A stretch of DNA of 64,000 bases, taken from NCBI GenBank assembly GCA_041659325.1, contig JBAZYN010000001.1:302819-366818 (forward strand), written 5' to 3'. How positions within the stretch are numbered: the stretch's first letter is position 1; each line of letters begins with the position of its first letter. The translations under genes were made by a program, and so were the position numbers. Positions 1 through 10,321 of the stretch are shown in pieces. Below the pieces are notes generated by a model. The model worked only from the letters and a program-made list of their open reading frames with translations. It searched no databases and was not told the DNA's origin. The stretch is from Candidatus Shapirobacteria bacterium. Lineage in GTDB: Bacteria; Patescibacteriota; Microgenomatia; UBA12405.

Positions 1-475
1 CCTGGTTGGTTCCGCCGCCACCCGTAAAAATGTAGTCGACCACCCCTGGAACAAAGACATTCTTTGGGTTCAGTCTATAGCACCATCGCTCCAATCCTCT
101 AAAGCTCTAACACTAACGGGCTTCGTTCCCGACGGAGATCTCCCCCTAATCTTCAACCTCGCCACAATTTATTGTCAGCCATCCTACGCCGAAGGTTTTG
201 GCTTACCTCTTGTCCAAGCGATGAAATCCGGCTGTCCAGTCGCATATAGCCAGGAATCAAGTATCCCCGAAATTATGGACTACAATGGCGTTTTTTTTGA
301 TCCGTATTCTCAAAAATCCATGGAAAAAGCGATTGGCTCCCTTTGGAAAAGTAGAAAACTCAGACAAAAATACGCACAGCTTGGCCGCAAAAGAGCGGAA
401 ATTTTTGACTGGAGCTACACCGCCATTCAAACTCTATCCGTTTACGAATTAGCCCTAATCGACCAAAATGGGTAA
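1..475 (+). CDS. Glycosyltransferase family 4, C-terminal fragment; the 5' end lies outside the window
   Basis: Reading frame is open from position 2 with no stop. Translation ...IYCQPSYAEGFGLPLVQAMKSGCPVAYSQESSIPEI... matches the GT4 C-terminal E-x7-E/GFGLP region. Stop is TAA at 473-475. Confidence 0.6.
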   Translation, partial: LVGSAATRKNVVDHPWNKDILWVQSIAPSLQSSKALTLTGFVPDGDLPLIFNLATIYCQPSYAEGFGLPLVQAMKSGCPVAYSQESSIPEIMDYNGVFFDPYSQKSMEKAIGSLWKSRKLRQKYAQLGRKRAEIFDWSYTAIQTLSVYELALIDQNG

Positions 476-1271
476 CAAACCACACTTTCTGTCTGTCATT
501 ATCCCAATCTACAAACAGGAAAAGACTCTATTTCAAGATTTATGTAATATTAGCCAAACACTCGAAAAGATTCGCTATGACTATGAGATTATCGCCGTCG
601 TTGATGGAAAATATATCGACAAGTCTTATCAGATAGCCAAAAAATGTCAAATCAAAAAATTAAAAGTTTTTGCTTATAAAAAAAACCGGGGCAAGGGCTA
701 TGCCGTCCGTTTTGGGATGGCACACACAAGAGGGGATTATATCGCCTTTATTGACGCCGGTATGGAAATAGACCCCAACGGAATATCAATGGTTCTCGAG
801 CATATGGAATGGTATAACGCCGATATTGTTGTTGCCTCTAAAAAACATCCAGCCTCCAGAGTTAACTACCCTCTTCAAAGAAAGGTAATAAGTTTTGGTG
901 CTTTTATCGTTGCCAGAATTCTTTTGGGAATCACCATCCACGACACCCAAGCCGGTCTTAAAATCTTTAAAAGGAGAGTTCTAAAAAAGGTGCTTCCCAG
1001 ATTATTAGTTAAAAATTACGCTTTTGACCTGGAAATCCTGTCGGTCGCCAATCACCTCGGATTTAATCGTATATACGAAGCTCCCGTAAAACTAACATAC
1101 TGTTTTGATAGCTTAACTCATGCCACAGGATTAAAAACTATTTATAATAGCCTACTCGATGCCTTGGCAGTTTTTTACCGTCTCCGAATCCTGCATTATT
1201 ACGACAACCACAATAAACGGGAGTGGGTGTACGACAAAGATTTAGATATGAGAATTAATACCGGAAAATAA
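468..1271 (+). CDS. Glycosyltransferase family 2
   Basis: N-terminal LSVIIPIYKQEKTL, then DGKYID and the DAG motif, typical of the GT2 GT-A fold. Overlaps the upstream gene by 8 bp. Confidence 0.65.
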   Translation: MGNKPHFLSVIIPIYKQEKTLFQDLCNISQTLEKIRYDYEIIAVVDGKYIDKSYQIAKKCQIKKLKVFAYKKNRGKGYAVRFGMAHTRGDYIAFIDAGMEIDPNGISMVLEHMEWYNADIVVASKKHPASRVNYPLQRKVISFGAFIVARILLGITIHDTQAGLKIFKRRVLKKVLPRLLVKNYAFDLEILSVANHLGFNRIYEAPVKLTYCFDSLTHATGLKTIYNSLLDALAVFYRLRILHYYDNHNKREWVYDKDLDMRINTGK

Positions 1272-1272
1272 A

Positions 1273-2181
1273 ATGACAATTCCTATCTTTTCAATTATTA
1301 TTCCCGTCAAAGTCCCCACTCAATATCTCAAAGAAACCCTTAAAAAACTAAAAAAACAAAGTTTTAAATCCTTTGAGATACTTGTTATTACCGATAAGAT
1401 TTCGAAAAGCTCCAATCCCTCTGTTAAGCGAAATCTTGGGGCCAAAATGGCCAAAGGAAAGTATTTGGCTTTTTTGGACGACGATTCGTATCCGTCAAGA
1501 AATTGGTTAAAAAACGCCAAAATAGTTCTTGATAAAAAATCAACTGCAGCCGCTGCTTGCGGCCCCTGTTTAACCCCGCCCAAAGACACTGTTGGACAAC
1601 TTGCTTCAGGATTATTCTGGTCAAGTTGTCTCGGAAGCGGGGGAGCCGGAAACTATCGAAGCTCAGTCCAAGCTAGCCGATCGGTTGATGATTTTCCGTC
1701 AGTCAATTTGATTGTCAAAAAAAAAGACTTCGACAAAATTGGTGGCTTTAGTACCAAGGACTGGCCGGGAGAAGACACGGTGCTCTGTCTCGACTTAACA
1801 AAAAAACTCAACAAACAAATTATTTATAATCCAAAAATTGTTGTTTATCACCACCGCCGTACTATTCTCAAACCGCACCTCCAACAAATTGGCCGCTATG
1901 CCAAGATGAGGGGCTCTTTTGTCAAAAAATATCCCGCCACTAGCGCTCGTCTCGGTTATTTCCTCCCTAGCCTATTTTTTTTGTACCTCATTTCACTCCC
2001 AATCCATCGCTTCCTTTTTCCCCTCTATCTGTACCTACTTGCCCTTTTTATAACTTTTTTAATTTTTATTAAAAACAAAAGTAATCCCACAGCCTCCTTT
2101 TTGGCCATAATCATCACCCCGATTACCCATCTTTATTATGGTATTTTATTCCTAGTCGGCCTTTTTCAAAATGAAAAATAA
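1273..2181 (+). CDS. Glycosyltransferase family 2 with C-terminal transmembrane segment
   Basis: FSIIIPVKVPTQYL ... AFLDDDSYP (DxD) motif. Hydrophobic C-terminal ~70 aa. Antisense ORFs 1320-1624 are judged spurious. Confidence 0.6.
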   Translation: MTIPIFSIIIPVKVPTQYLKETLKKLKKQSFKSFEILVITDKISKSSNPSVKRNLGAKMAKGKYLAFLDDDSYPSRNWLKNAKIVLDKKSTAAAACGPCLTPPKDTVGQLASGLFWSSCLGSGGAGNYRSSVQASRSVDDFPSVNLIVKKKDFDKIGGFSTKDWPGEDTVLCLDLTKKLNKQIIYNPKIVVYHHRRTILKPHLQQIGRYAKMRGSFVKKYPATSARLGYFLPSLFFLYLISLPIHRFLFPLYLYLLALFITFLIFIKNKSNPTASFLAIIITPITHLYYGILFLVGLFQNEK

Positions 2182-3604
2182 ATTCTCTGTCTCCATCTCT
2201 TACCCACCTCTCGAATCTACCAAAGGTTCAGCTTTTTTATCTCAAAACCGCCAATTTCAATGGGGCAACACCGACAGTGTTTTCTATCCGGTAATTATGG
2301 CCTATGCCGCAACTCTTCTAAAAAAAAACGATTATCAGGTTTTTTGGGATGATGCCATTGCTGAAAGACTCAGCTACCAAAAATGGCTTTCCAGGCTAAT
2401 CACCAACAATCCCGACCTGGTTGTAATCGAAACAAAAACTCCGGTTGTCAAAAAACACTGGCAAATAATCAGTGATATCAAAGATAAACTCCCAAAAACT
2501 AAAATCGCCCTTATCGGCGACCACGTAACCGCCCTGCCGCAAGAATCGATATCAAACTCCAAAGTTGATTTCGTCTTAACCGGCGGTGATTACGATTTTA
2601 TGATTCTAAACCTCGCCGATCAGTTATCAAAAAATATATGCCCCGACAAAATCATTAACACACCACCCACTCATCTTCTCACTCCCCTCCCCATAATCGA
2701 CCGCAATCTGACCAAATGGTATCTATACTCCCAAAACAATACCAACTACAAATACAAACCCGGCGCCTACATAATGTCTGGACGTGATTGTTGGTGGGGC
2801 CGATGCACCTTCTGCTCCTGGACAACTCTTTTTCCGGGTAGAAATTACCGTCGTTTTTCTGTCGACCACACCATTAAGGAAATTAATAACCTGGTCGTAA
2901 ATTTTGGAGTAAAAGAAGTCTTTGACGATGCCGGGACTTTACCGGTAGGGGACTGGCTTCAAAAACTGTGTCAAAGACTAATCGATACAGGACTAAACCG
3001 AAAAGTCAAAATTAGCTGCAATATGCGATTTGGTGCGTTAACCGAAAATGATTATCAGCTGATGGCCAAGGCCGGTTTCAGGTTTATCCTCTATGGCCTT
3101 GAATCTGCCAACCCTCAAACTATCGAAAAAATTAACAAAAATATAGATCTGAAAAATGTCCCCAAAGAGCTTAAAATCGCCAAAAAATGCGGTCTGGAAC
3201 CCCATATAACCATAATGATCGGTTATCCCTGGGAAACAAAAAAAGATGCCCAAAACACTCTCAATTTTGCCAAAAAGTTATTTCGCCAGGGAATAGTGGA
3301 TAGTATGCAGGCCACCATTGTCATTCCCTACCCCGGAACCCCTCTTTTTGACTATTGTCAAAAAAATAATCTGTTAAATACTAAAAACTGGGATAATTTT
3401 GATATGCGCCAACCGGTTATAAAAAGTCCGATTTCTTCTGATGACCAGAAACAAATTGTTCAATCTTTATTCAAGGGCATCATCACTCCCAGATTTATGT
3501 TTAACAAAATTAAATCAATAAAGTCCCTCTCTGATCTAAAATTTCTTCTGGGATATACCTACAAGTTTTTCCGAAAGCTTAAAGACTTCAAAAAAGATTT
3601 ATGA
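2171..3604 (+). CDS. B12-binding-domain radical SAM protein (class B-like), putative sugar C-methyltransferase or related
   Basis: N-terminal Rossmann-like B12-binding region (VVIETKTP...IALIGDHVTALP) followed by a Cys cluster, SGRDCWWGRCTFCSW (Cx4Cx2C). 477 aa. TGA stop overlaps the next ATG (ATGA). Confidence 0.55.
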   Translation: MKNKFSVSISYPPLESTKGSAFLSQNRQFQWGNTDSVFYPVIMAYAATLLKKNDYQVFWDDAIAERLSYQKWLSRLITNNPDLVVIETKTPVVKKHWQIISDIKDKLPKTKIALIGDHVTALPQESISNSKVDFVLTGGDYDFMILNLADQLSKNICPDKIINTPPTHLLTPLPIIDRNLTKWYLYSQNNTNYKYKPGAYIMSGRDCWWGRCTFCSWTTLFPGRNYRRFSVDHTIKEINNLVVNFGVKEVFDDAGTLPVGDWLQKLCQRLIDTGLNRKVKISCNMRFGALTENDYQLMAKAGFRFILYGLESANPQTIEKINKNIDLKNVPKELKIAKKCGLEPHITIMIGYPWETKKDAQNTLNFAKKLFRQGIVDSMQATIVIPYPGTPLFDYCQKNNLLNTKNWDNFDMRQPVIKSPISSDDQKQIVQSLFKGIITPRFMFNKIKSIKSLSDLKFLLGYTYKFFRKLKDFKKDL

Positions 3605-4614
3605 CACCGCTTGTTTCAATTGTTATTCCTACTCTAAATTCCCAAGCAGTTCTCTCCGATTGTCTGAAATCCATTAAAAAACAAATCGGGGTATCCCTAG
3701 ATATAATTATCGCCGACGGGGGATCAACTGATAAAACGATTTATATTGCCAACCAATACAAATGTCAAATTGTTAAAAACCCTCTCAAAACCGCCGAATC
3801 CGGAAAAGCTATTGGCCTAAAACATGCCTCCGGTGAATTTGTTGGTTTAATCGATTCCGACAACATCCTTCCAAAATCCAATTGGCTCAAAAGCATGATT
3901 TCTCCTCTAATCAGAGATAAAGCCCTAATAGGTTCCGAACCGTGGAAATTTACTTACCGAAAAAATGGCGGTTTTATCGAAAGATATTCGTCACTTATTG
4001 GCGCCAACGACCCATATGCATTCGTTACCGGCATATATGACAGAAAAAATTATATCAATCATAAATGGACGGAGATGAACGTCAAAACAACCAATTATCC
4101 CAAATATCTAAAGCTCAAACTTACCAAAAATCAACCAATCCCAACAATTGGCGCAAACGGTACAATTTTTCGAAGTTCTTTCATAAAAAAGCACTTCTCC
4201 GGTGATTATTTGTTTGACATAGACGTCATCAGTCTCGCCATTACTAAAACCAACTTACCACTCTACTTTGCCAAAGTAAAAATCGGCATTATCCACACCT
4301 TTTGTGAATCCTCAATTTCAAAATTTATCAAAAAACAACAACGTCGGCTCACCGATTATTACACACTAAAAGAAATAAGGGCATTTAATTGGGACCAGAC
4401 CAATCGATTTGGTATTGTTAAATTTACTTTCTACACTTGCTGTATAATCTGGCCAATTGTGGACTCATTCCGTGGATTTTTTCATAAGCCTGATTTTGCC
4501 TGGTTTTTTCATCCATTCGCCTGCGTAATAACCTTATTTATATATACTCAAATAACAATCAAAAATAAAGTCGGATTATTAAAACCCCTAGATCGTCAAC
4601 AATGGCAACAGTAG
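3601..4614 (+). CDS. Glycosyltransferase family 2
   Basis: VSIVIPTLNSQAVL ... IIADGGSTDKT ... DSDN motif; hydrophobic C-terminus. Confidence 0.6.
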   Translation: MTPLVSIVIPTLNSQAVLSDCLKSIKKQIGVSLDIIIADGGSTDKTIYIANQYKCQIVKNPLKTAESGKAIGLKHASGEFVGLIDSDNILPKSNWLKSMISPLIRDKALIGSEPWKFTYRKNGGFIERYSSLIGANDPYAFVTGIYDRKNYINHKWTEMNVKTTNYPKYLKLKLTKNQPIPTIGANGTIFRSSFIKKHFSGDYLFDIDVISLAITKTNLPLYFAKVKIGIIHTFCESSISKFIKKQQRRLTDYYTLKEIRAFNWDQTNRFGIVKFTFYTCCIIWPIVDSFRGFFHKPDFAWFFHPFACVITLFIYTQITIKNKVGLLKPLDRQQWQQ

Positions 4615-5609
4615 ATATCCTTATCCCCACCTACAACGGTGCCATCTTTGTCAAAGATACTTTACAAAGCATCTTGTCCCAAAGTTACCCAGATTTTCGT
4701 ATCTTAATCTGCGATGACGCTTCTAAAGACGACACTCTCGGGATAATCAAAAAGATAAATGACAAAAGAATTGCAGTAATAAATAATAAAAATAACCTTG
4801 GCTACTCCGCCAACTTAGAAAGGGCCAGAAAACATGCTACCGCCGAATTTATTTATTTAATGGGTCAAGATGATATTATGGCAAGAGACACTCTGAAAAA
4901 TACCATTAAAGCCTTCTCACTCTCGTCGGATATCGGAGCAGTCACCCGTCCGTATTTCTGGTTTGATAAAGACATTCGTCTTCCGGTTCGGGCCAAAAAA
5001 AAGCTTGATCCGACAAACGATACTATTGTCAACATCACCGATAATCCCTTCAGAGTCATCCGCGTTTTTGAAACCCTTGATCAACTTTCAGGCCTCGCTT
5101 ATCGCCGCCGATTCATGGATTTACCTTTCCATCCGGATATTTTCCCCTGCCACATTTACCCCTTTGCCTCTATTTTCAAAAAACATCCGATAGTATTTTT
5201 AAAAGACTATAATATTGCTGTCCGAATCAGTAGCAGCCAAACCCGAAGCCTATCCTCAATTTACGATAAATCACCACTCTTAAGTTGGATCGAAATGGTT
5301 AAATCTGTTTATTCAGAAAAAGAATATCATCCCGTCCAAAAATATTTAATCAAAAATTTTATAACCAAAAACTATATCGGTTTGGTTCAGATAAGAAACT
5401 ACGCCAAATATCGGTATTTAATCCGGGAAATTTGGTATCTCATTAAATTTAATCCCCACAATCTTCTCAACCCATTATTCTGGTTTTTTTCCATCGGCTG
5501 TATAATTTCTCCACCATTTTTATTGATCCCCATGGTCGAATGGTATAAAGAAGCTATCTATTCAAAGACTCTGACAAAAATTAGCTTTGAACACAATAAT
5601 TTTCAATAA
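4602..5609 (+). CDS. Glycosyltransferase family 2
   Basis: VDILIPTYNGAIFV ... ILICDDASKDDT, GT2 hallmarks. Confidence 0.65.
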   Translation: MATVDILIPTYNGAIFVKDTLQSILSQSYPDFRILICDDASKDDTLGIIKKINDKRIAVINNKNNLGYSANLERARKHATAEFIYLMGQDDIMARDTLKNTIKAFSLSSDIGAVTRPYFWFDKDIRLPVRAKKKLDPTNDTIVNITDNPFRVIRVFETLDQLSGLAYRRRFMDLPFHPDIFPCHIYPFASIFKKHPIVFLKDYNIAVRISSSQTRSLSSIYDKSPLLSWIEMVKSVYSEKEYHPVQKYLIKNFITKNYIGLVQIRNYAKYRYLIREIWYLIKFNPHNLLNPLFWFFSIGCIISPPFLLIPMVEWYKEAIYSKTLTKISFEHNNFQ

Positions 5610-5614
5610 ATACC

Positions 5615-6235
5615 ATGTTTTTAGAAAAATTTAGACCAAATTTTTTGTACACAGAACTAAAACGAATTTTTCCAAAATACTTTAGTGTTGTTGACATCGG
5701 TTGTGGACCAAATTCAATTCTTAGATTGTTTAAAAATAACATCACATACTCCTATGGTTTTGAAATACACCCACAGTCAGTTTATACATCAAAAGCAAAC
5801 AACATTCATTCAGAATACATCCTGGATAATGTTTTGAATCTTAAAAAACATTTTAAAAAGAAGAGCATCGACATCGCATTCTGCCTCGACACAATAGAAC
5901 ATTTAAAAAAAGTTGATGCAATAAAACTTATAAAATGTATGGAATATATCGCCATTAAAAAAATAATAATTCAAACCACTAACGGGTATATTCATCAAAA
6001 TACTTATAACAATAATTGTTACCAAAAACATCTCTCAGGTTTCGACACGAAATATTTTCGAGAAAAGGGTTATAAAGTTTTAGGGATAGATGGTCCATAT
6101 TTTTTACGGGTTACTAAAAATAAAACAATAAAAGAAAGAAATATTTTCACCTCTATTTTGGCAAATCTACTCGATCCAATTTTTAGGTATTTTCCCAACC
6201 ACTCATTAAACTTTCTGGCTTACAAAAATGTTTAA
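5615..6235 (+). CDS. Class I SAM-dependent methyltransferase
   Basis: VVDIGCGPNS (motif I, GxGxG-like) and a downstream acidic motif (CLDTIEHL). Confidence 0.55.
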   Translation: MFLEKFRPNFLYTELKRIFPKYFSVVDIGCGPNSILRLFKNNITYSYGFEIHPQSVYTSKANNIHSEYILDNVLNLKKHFKKKSIDIAFCLDTIEHLKKVDAIKLIKCMEYIAIKKIIIQTTNGYIHQNTYNNNCYQKHLSGFDTKYFREKGYKVLGIDGPYFLRVTKNKTIKERNIFTSILANLLDPIFRYFPNHSLNFLAYKNV

Positions 6236-6809
6236 TATAATTTTTGGGATTTATAATTATTTTATTAAAAAAGGCTTTTATCACTTCGGGAAAAATTCTT
6301 CAATTAAACCTTTTTTAAATACAACAAATAAAAAATACATTTCTATCGGAGACAATGTTTCTATCGGTTCCTTTGCATGGATCGGAGTGGACACCGACTT
6401 TGCCGGCATAAAGTGTAAATCCAAAAACAAAATAAGACTAAAAATAGGTGACAACTCCACCATAGGTAACAACTCAATCATCACAGCAAACAATTCTGTT
6501 TTAATCGGGAAAAATTGTATTTTATCCGCCTACGTTTTTATTTCCGACCATGTCCACGAATATAACAATATTTCAAAAAATTTAAATCAACAACCACTAA
6601 GCGAAAACGGCAGTGTAATCATCGGCGATAATGTATTTATTGGGACAAAAGCCTCGATTATGCGTAATGTTACTATTGGCGAAAGAAGCGTAATCGGAGC
6701 AAACACCGTTGTAACCAAAGACATTCCTTCATATAGTGTAGTGGTAGGAAATCCGGGAAAAATCATCAAAAGATATGATTTTATTAAAAAGGATTGGATA
6801 AAATTTTAG
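6228..6809 (+). CDS. Hexapeptide-repeat (LbH) acyl/acetyltransferase
   Basis: Repeated [LIV]G-x-x-x-x hexapeptides: ISIGDNVSIGSFAWIG ... IGDNSTIGNNSIIT ... IGDNVFIGTKASI ... IGERSVIGANTVV. Confidence 0.65.
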   Translation: MFNIIFGIYNYFIKKGFYHFGKNSSIKPFLNTTNKKYISIGDNVSIGSFAWIGVDTDFAGIKCKSKNKIRLKIGDNSTIGNNSIITANNSVLIGKNCILSAYVFISDHVHEYNNISKNLNQQPLSENGSVIIGDNVFIGTKASIMRNVTIGERSVIGANTVVTKDIPSYSVVVGNPGKIIKRYDFIKKDWIKF

Positions 6810-6816
6810 AAGCGGT

Positions 6817-7491
6817 ATGAATCTGGTAAAAAAAATTTACTCAAACACAACTATCGGGAAAATTTTCCACACATTAGTAAATTGTCTACAAAATGAGCTT
6901 CTGGATTGCGAAACGGTTTTGGATTTAGGGTGCGGACCTGATTCTCCAATTAAATATTGTAAAAATATTAACAATAGTATTGGTGTTGAAGCGTTCAAGC
7001 CATATCTGACAAGATCACAAAATAGTCACATCCACACAAAATATCTCCACGACAAAATCGAAAATATAAACTTTCCCGAAAAGAGTTTCGATGCAATAAT
7101 ATTAATCGAAGTTATTGAGCACCTAACCCAAGAGGAAGGCCAAAAAATAATCGTGAAGGCGGAAAAGTGGGCCAAAAAAAAGGTAATCATATCTTCCCCA
7201 AACGGTTTCCTCCTCCAACATGCCGTCGATAACAATCCACATCAAAGACATCTCTCTGGCTGGACTTACGAGAAAATGCAACTCCTAGGATATAAATGTC
7301 ACGGACTTGCAGGGTTAAGGGTTTTTCGTAGGGAAACCCAGAGCAACACAATGGGTGATGATTTACTTGTATCTATCCGCTGGTGGCCAAAACCTTTTTG
7401 GTTTGCCATTGCTACCCTTAGTCAGCCTTTAAGCTACTATCTTCCCCGACTTGCATTTGAATTATTTTGCGTAAAAAACATCAAAGCATAA
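6817..7491 (+). CDS. Class I SAM-dependent methyltransferase
   Basis: VLDLGCGPDS motif I; ILIEVIEHL motif. Confidence 0.55.
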   Translation: MNLVKKIYSNTTIGKIFHTLVNCLQNELLDCETVLDLGCGPDSPIKYCKNINNSIGVEAFKPYLTRSQNSHIHTKYLHDKIENINFPEKSFDAIILIEVIEHLTQEEGQKIIVKAEKWAKKKVIISSPNGFLLQHAVDNNPHQRHLSGWTYEKMQLLGYKCHGLAGLRVFRRETQSNTMGDDLLVSIRWWPKPFWFAIATLSQPLSYYLPRLAFELFCVKNIKA

Positions 7492-7496
7492 AAGCA

Positions 7497-8444
7497 ATGA
7501 AGCCTACAATAATCATACCCGTATACAATAATCAAAGTACTCTTAACGATACTCTAAGGTCGCTTCTAACTTATAAAAAAGAAATAGAGAAAATTATCAT
7601 TATAAATGACGGATCTACGGACAGTTCGCTCAAAATTATCAATATATTTTCTAAAATATTGTCCAACAAGTTTTTTAAAATTATCAACCACAAAAAATCT
7701 CGGGGACTAGCTTACAGTTACAACGAAGGTATAACTAAAAGTGAAACAGAGATTGTGATAACCATGCACGCTGACATAATTCTAAAAAAAAACGCCATCA
7801 ATCTAATCCTCTCTCCTCTAAGGAAAAAAGATGTGGTTGCCTCAGTACCGATAGTTGAATATCCCAGAAATATCTGGAAAAAATATAGTTTTTGGCAAAA
7901 ATGTCATTTTTCCAGATTAGTAGGTAAAAGTTATTCTGGTCTGGGAGGTAAATTTGATGCCGTCAGAAAGGATACTTTTATGAAAGTCTATCTTTTTGAC
8001 GGAAATACCTTCTTGCGTGCCGGTGAAGACGGAGATATGGCCAAAAAACTTTCAAAAATCGGCAAAATTGCTAATAGCGATGCCCACATTATTCACGTCC
8101 ACAGCAAAGAATTAAACTTTGGTCTGAAAAAATATATCCATAAAAACGCTCAATACGCCGAAGCTCAGGGAGCCTCATTAAGAAAATATGGTATTTTGAA
8201 TTTCAAATATTTTGTACTTTCCTTTTTTAGAGAATTTTTGGTTGTCTCTTTATTTATTCCTAAAGTTCGTGTATTATCGATAATCCTTATCATTATATAT
8301 TCTGTCGCTTACACCAAAGAGGTATACCTATCTGAATATAAAAACCCTAAAATCATTATTCTCCCGATAGTCAACACATATCTTTTATTCATAAGTTGTT
8401 TTTATTCTGCCAGGGGATTTATATCCGGGAAACAAAAAATATGA
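7497..8444 (+). CDS. Glycosyltransferase family 2
   Basis: Start chosen at the internal ATG (MKPTIIIPVYNN) just after the upstream stop. IIINDGSTDSS motif. TGA stop overlaps the next start. Confidence 0.6.
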   Translation: MKPTIIIPVYNNQSTLNDTLRSLLTYKKEIEKIIIINDGSTDSSLKIINIFSKILSNKFFKIINHKKSRGLAYSYNEGITKSETEIVITMHADIILKKNAINLILSPLRKKDVVASVPIVEYPRNIWKKYSFWQKCHFSRLVGKSYSGLGGKFDAVRKDTFMKVYLFDGNTFLRAGEDGDMAKKLSKIGKIANSDAHIIHVHSKELNFGLKKYIHKNAQYAEAQGASLRKYGILNFKYFVLSFFREFLVVSLFIPKVRVLSIILIIIYSVAYTKEVYLSEYKNPKIIILPIVNTYLLFISCFYSARGFISGKQKI

Positions 8445-9154
8445 AAAACCTATTTCCTCCGTTAAAAAGATTACTTTTTTATAATCGTTTTCTTGGTTAC
8501 AGCAAATATAGGCTAACAAAATACGTTCAAAATATATCTAAGTCCTTAATTCCACATAAAAAAATACTTGATGCCGGAGCCGGAGAGTGCCAATATAAAC
8601 AATATTTCAAAAACATGAATTATGTTTCCCAGGATCTCTGCATTGGAGACATCCGGTGGGATTTTAGCCAGATTGATATAAAATCAGAAATTTACGACAT
8701 TCCAGTAAAAAATCACAGCTTCGATTACATACTTTGTATTGAAGTTTTGGAGCACCTAAAATACCCCGATCGCGTTTTCGCTGAATTTTCACGAATATTA
8801 AAACAAGGTGGAAAATTATTTTTGATTTGTCCCTTGGTTTGGGGTGAACACCAAAAACCACACGATTATTTCAGATATACTCAATTTGCCCTTCAGCTGC
8901 TCGGAAACGACAATGGTTTTACATTAAAAAAAATAGAAAAACAGGGCGGGAAATTTATTTGCTTAACTCAAATAATCACTGAAATCGCCCCTTCTTTCTT
9001 TATAGAAAGAAAACTCATTTTATTGGGATATATTTTCAAAATATTACTATATCCCATCAATTTTACAATTGGATTCATTTTCTATTTTTTGGATAAAATA
9101 GATAAGGACAAAGACCTGACTTCACAATATGAGTGTACTTTTATCAAAAAATAA
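8441..9154 (+). CDS. Class I SAM-dependent methyltransferase
   Basis: ILDAGAGECQ motif I and LCIEVLEHL. Start set at the ATGA overlap (MKNLFPP...). Confidence 0.55.
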   Translation: MKNLFPPLKRLLFYNRFLGYSKYRLTKYVQNISKSLIPHKKILDAGAGECQYKQYFKNMNYVSQDLCIGDIRWDFSQIDIKSEIYDIPVKNHSFDYILCIEVLEHLKYPDRVFAEFSRILKQGGKLFLICPLVWGEHQKPHDYFRYTQFALQLLGNDNGFTLKKIEKQGGKFICLTQIITEIAPSFFIERKLILLGYIFKILLYPINFTIGFIFYFLDKIDKDKDLTSQYECTFIKK

Positions 9155-9163
9155 ACATCCCAA

Positions 9164-10321
9164 ATGAAGATATTAGTAAACCTAACCACTGTTGGAAAAA
9201 ATGGCACTTATCCCCGTGTTATCTCTAAAATTAAAACATTTTTAGATTTAAAGGCGACCGTATCTATACATTGCGGCAACTTCATCGCCCCCGTCAACAA
9301 TATCAAAAACACTCTCACTTTCAATCAAACCTTCCCTTGGTTCCAAAAAATACCCACCTATAAACTAACCAGGCTCAATTTCATTGTCGATGCAATAAAA
9401 AAAAACTTTAATTCCATCGTTCGTCTCTCACAATTTAAAAATTTTGACGTAATCTACACTACATCATCAGTTTTAGACCTAGTCATCACTCCGTTTTTTG
9501 CCAAAGTTTTCTATCCAAAAATAATTTGGGTAACTGTTTTTGACAATATCGTTCCTTTTACCGACCCAGGTAATAAACTTATTCGGCTATTGGCCTGGAT
9601 ATTTTTCCAAATAAGTCTGGTCCTTATCAGATTTTCTGACAAAATATTTGTCTCCACCCCGGAATTAATGACTTTTCTCATATCAAAAAAGTACCCACCA
9701 AATATACTTTATCAAACTCATTTAGCTATCGAAAATGATCTAATTCGCGATGCGAAACCAAATCCAAAAATTAAAATCGATTCTCTATATATTGGCCGTA
9801 TCAACGAAACAAAAGGTATCTATGATCTACTAGAAATGATGAAAATCGTAACCCGAAAATTTCCCCATTTTCAGCTGGCCATAATGGGGGAAGGAGACGA
9901 AATCACCGTTCGGAAATTCAACGATAAAATTACCCAATTCAAACTCTCCAAAAACATAAATTTCCTTGGCTTTGTCCCTGAATCCGAAAAATATAATATT
10001 ATAAAAAGTAGTAAGACCTTCGTCTTTCTCAGTAAAAGTGATTGTGAAAGCTTTGGATTAGCTCTTTTTGAAGCCGTCTGCAGTGGCTTACCCGCTTTTG
10101 CCTATGACCTCCCGCCGTTCAAAACAATTTATCAAAACAACGAAGTTGATATAAGTCCAATAGGTGACTACAAAACCGTAGCCAACAAAATCATAAAGAC
10201 ATTTGAAAATAATAATTTTACAAATCTCAAGGGTAAGATATTATTGGGAAAATATTCCTGGGAAAATATTGCCAAAAAAGAACTGCTAGAAATAATAAAA
10301 CTAATTCATGAAAAAACATAG
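9164..10321 (+). CDS. Glycosyltransferase family 4
   Basis: C-terminal FVFLSKSDCESFGLALFEAVCSGLPAF, the GT4 E-x7-E region. 385 aa. Confidence 0.6.
   Translation: MKILVNLTTVGKNGTYPRVISKIKTFLDLKATVSIHCGNFIAPVNNIKNTLTFNQTFPWFQKIPTYKLTRLNFIVDAIKKNFNSIVRLSQFKNFDVIYTTSSVLDLVITPFFAKVFYPKIIWVTVFDNIVPFTDPGNKLIRLLAWIFFQISLVLIRFSDKIFVSTPELMTFLISKKYPPNILYQTHLAIENDLIRDAKPNPKIKIDSLYIGRINETKGIYDLLEMMKIVTRKFPHFQLAIMGEGDEITVRKFNDKITQFKLSKNINFLGFVPESEKYNIIKSSKTFVFLSKSDCESFGLALFEAVCSGLPAFAYDLPPFKTIYQNNEVDISPIGDYKTVANKIIKTFENNNFTNLKGKILLGKYSWENIAKKELLEIIKLIHEKT

Noticed and set aside
1320-1624. Antisense ORFs 1320-1589 and 1424-1624 (and similar ones at 2374-2562, 3038-3253, 4865-5059, 6281-6493, 6587-6769, 7026-7235, 8664-8861, 10397-10612)
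   Set aside because: They are fully embedded antisense to well-supported GT, MTase or acetyltransferase genes, with no motifs. These are typical shadow ORFs of a low-GC genome.
1717-1725. Homopolymeric A9/T8 tracts in coding regions (e.g. 1717-1725, 2330-2338, 1973-1980) as phase-variation candidates
   Set aside because: Such Lys/Phe-codon runs are ubiquitous in this AT-rich genome and occur in many genes. Unlike the perfect heptamer repeat, there is no evidence of specificity.
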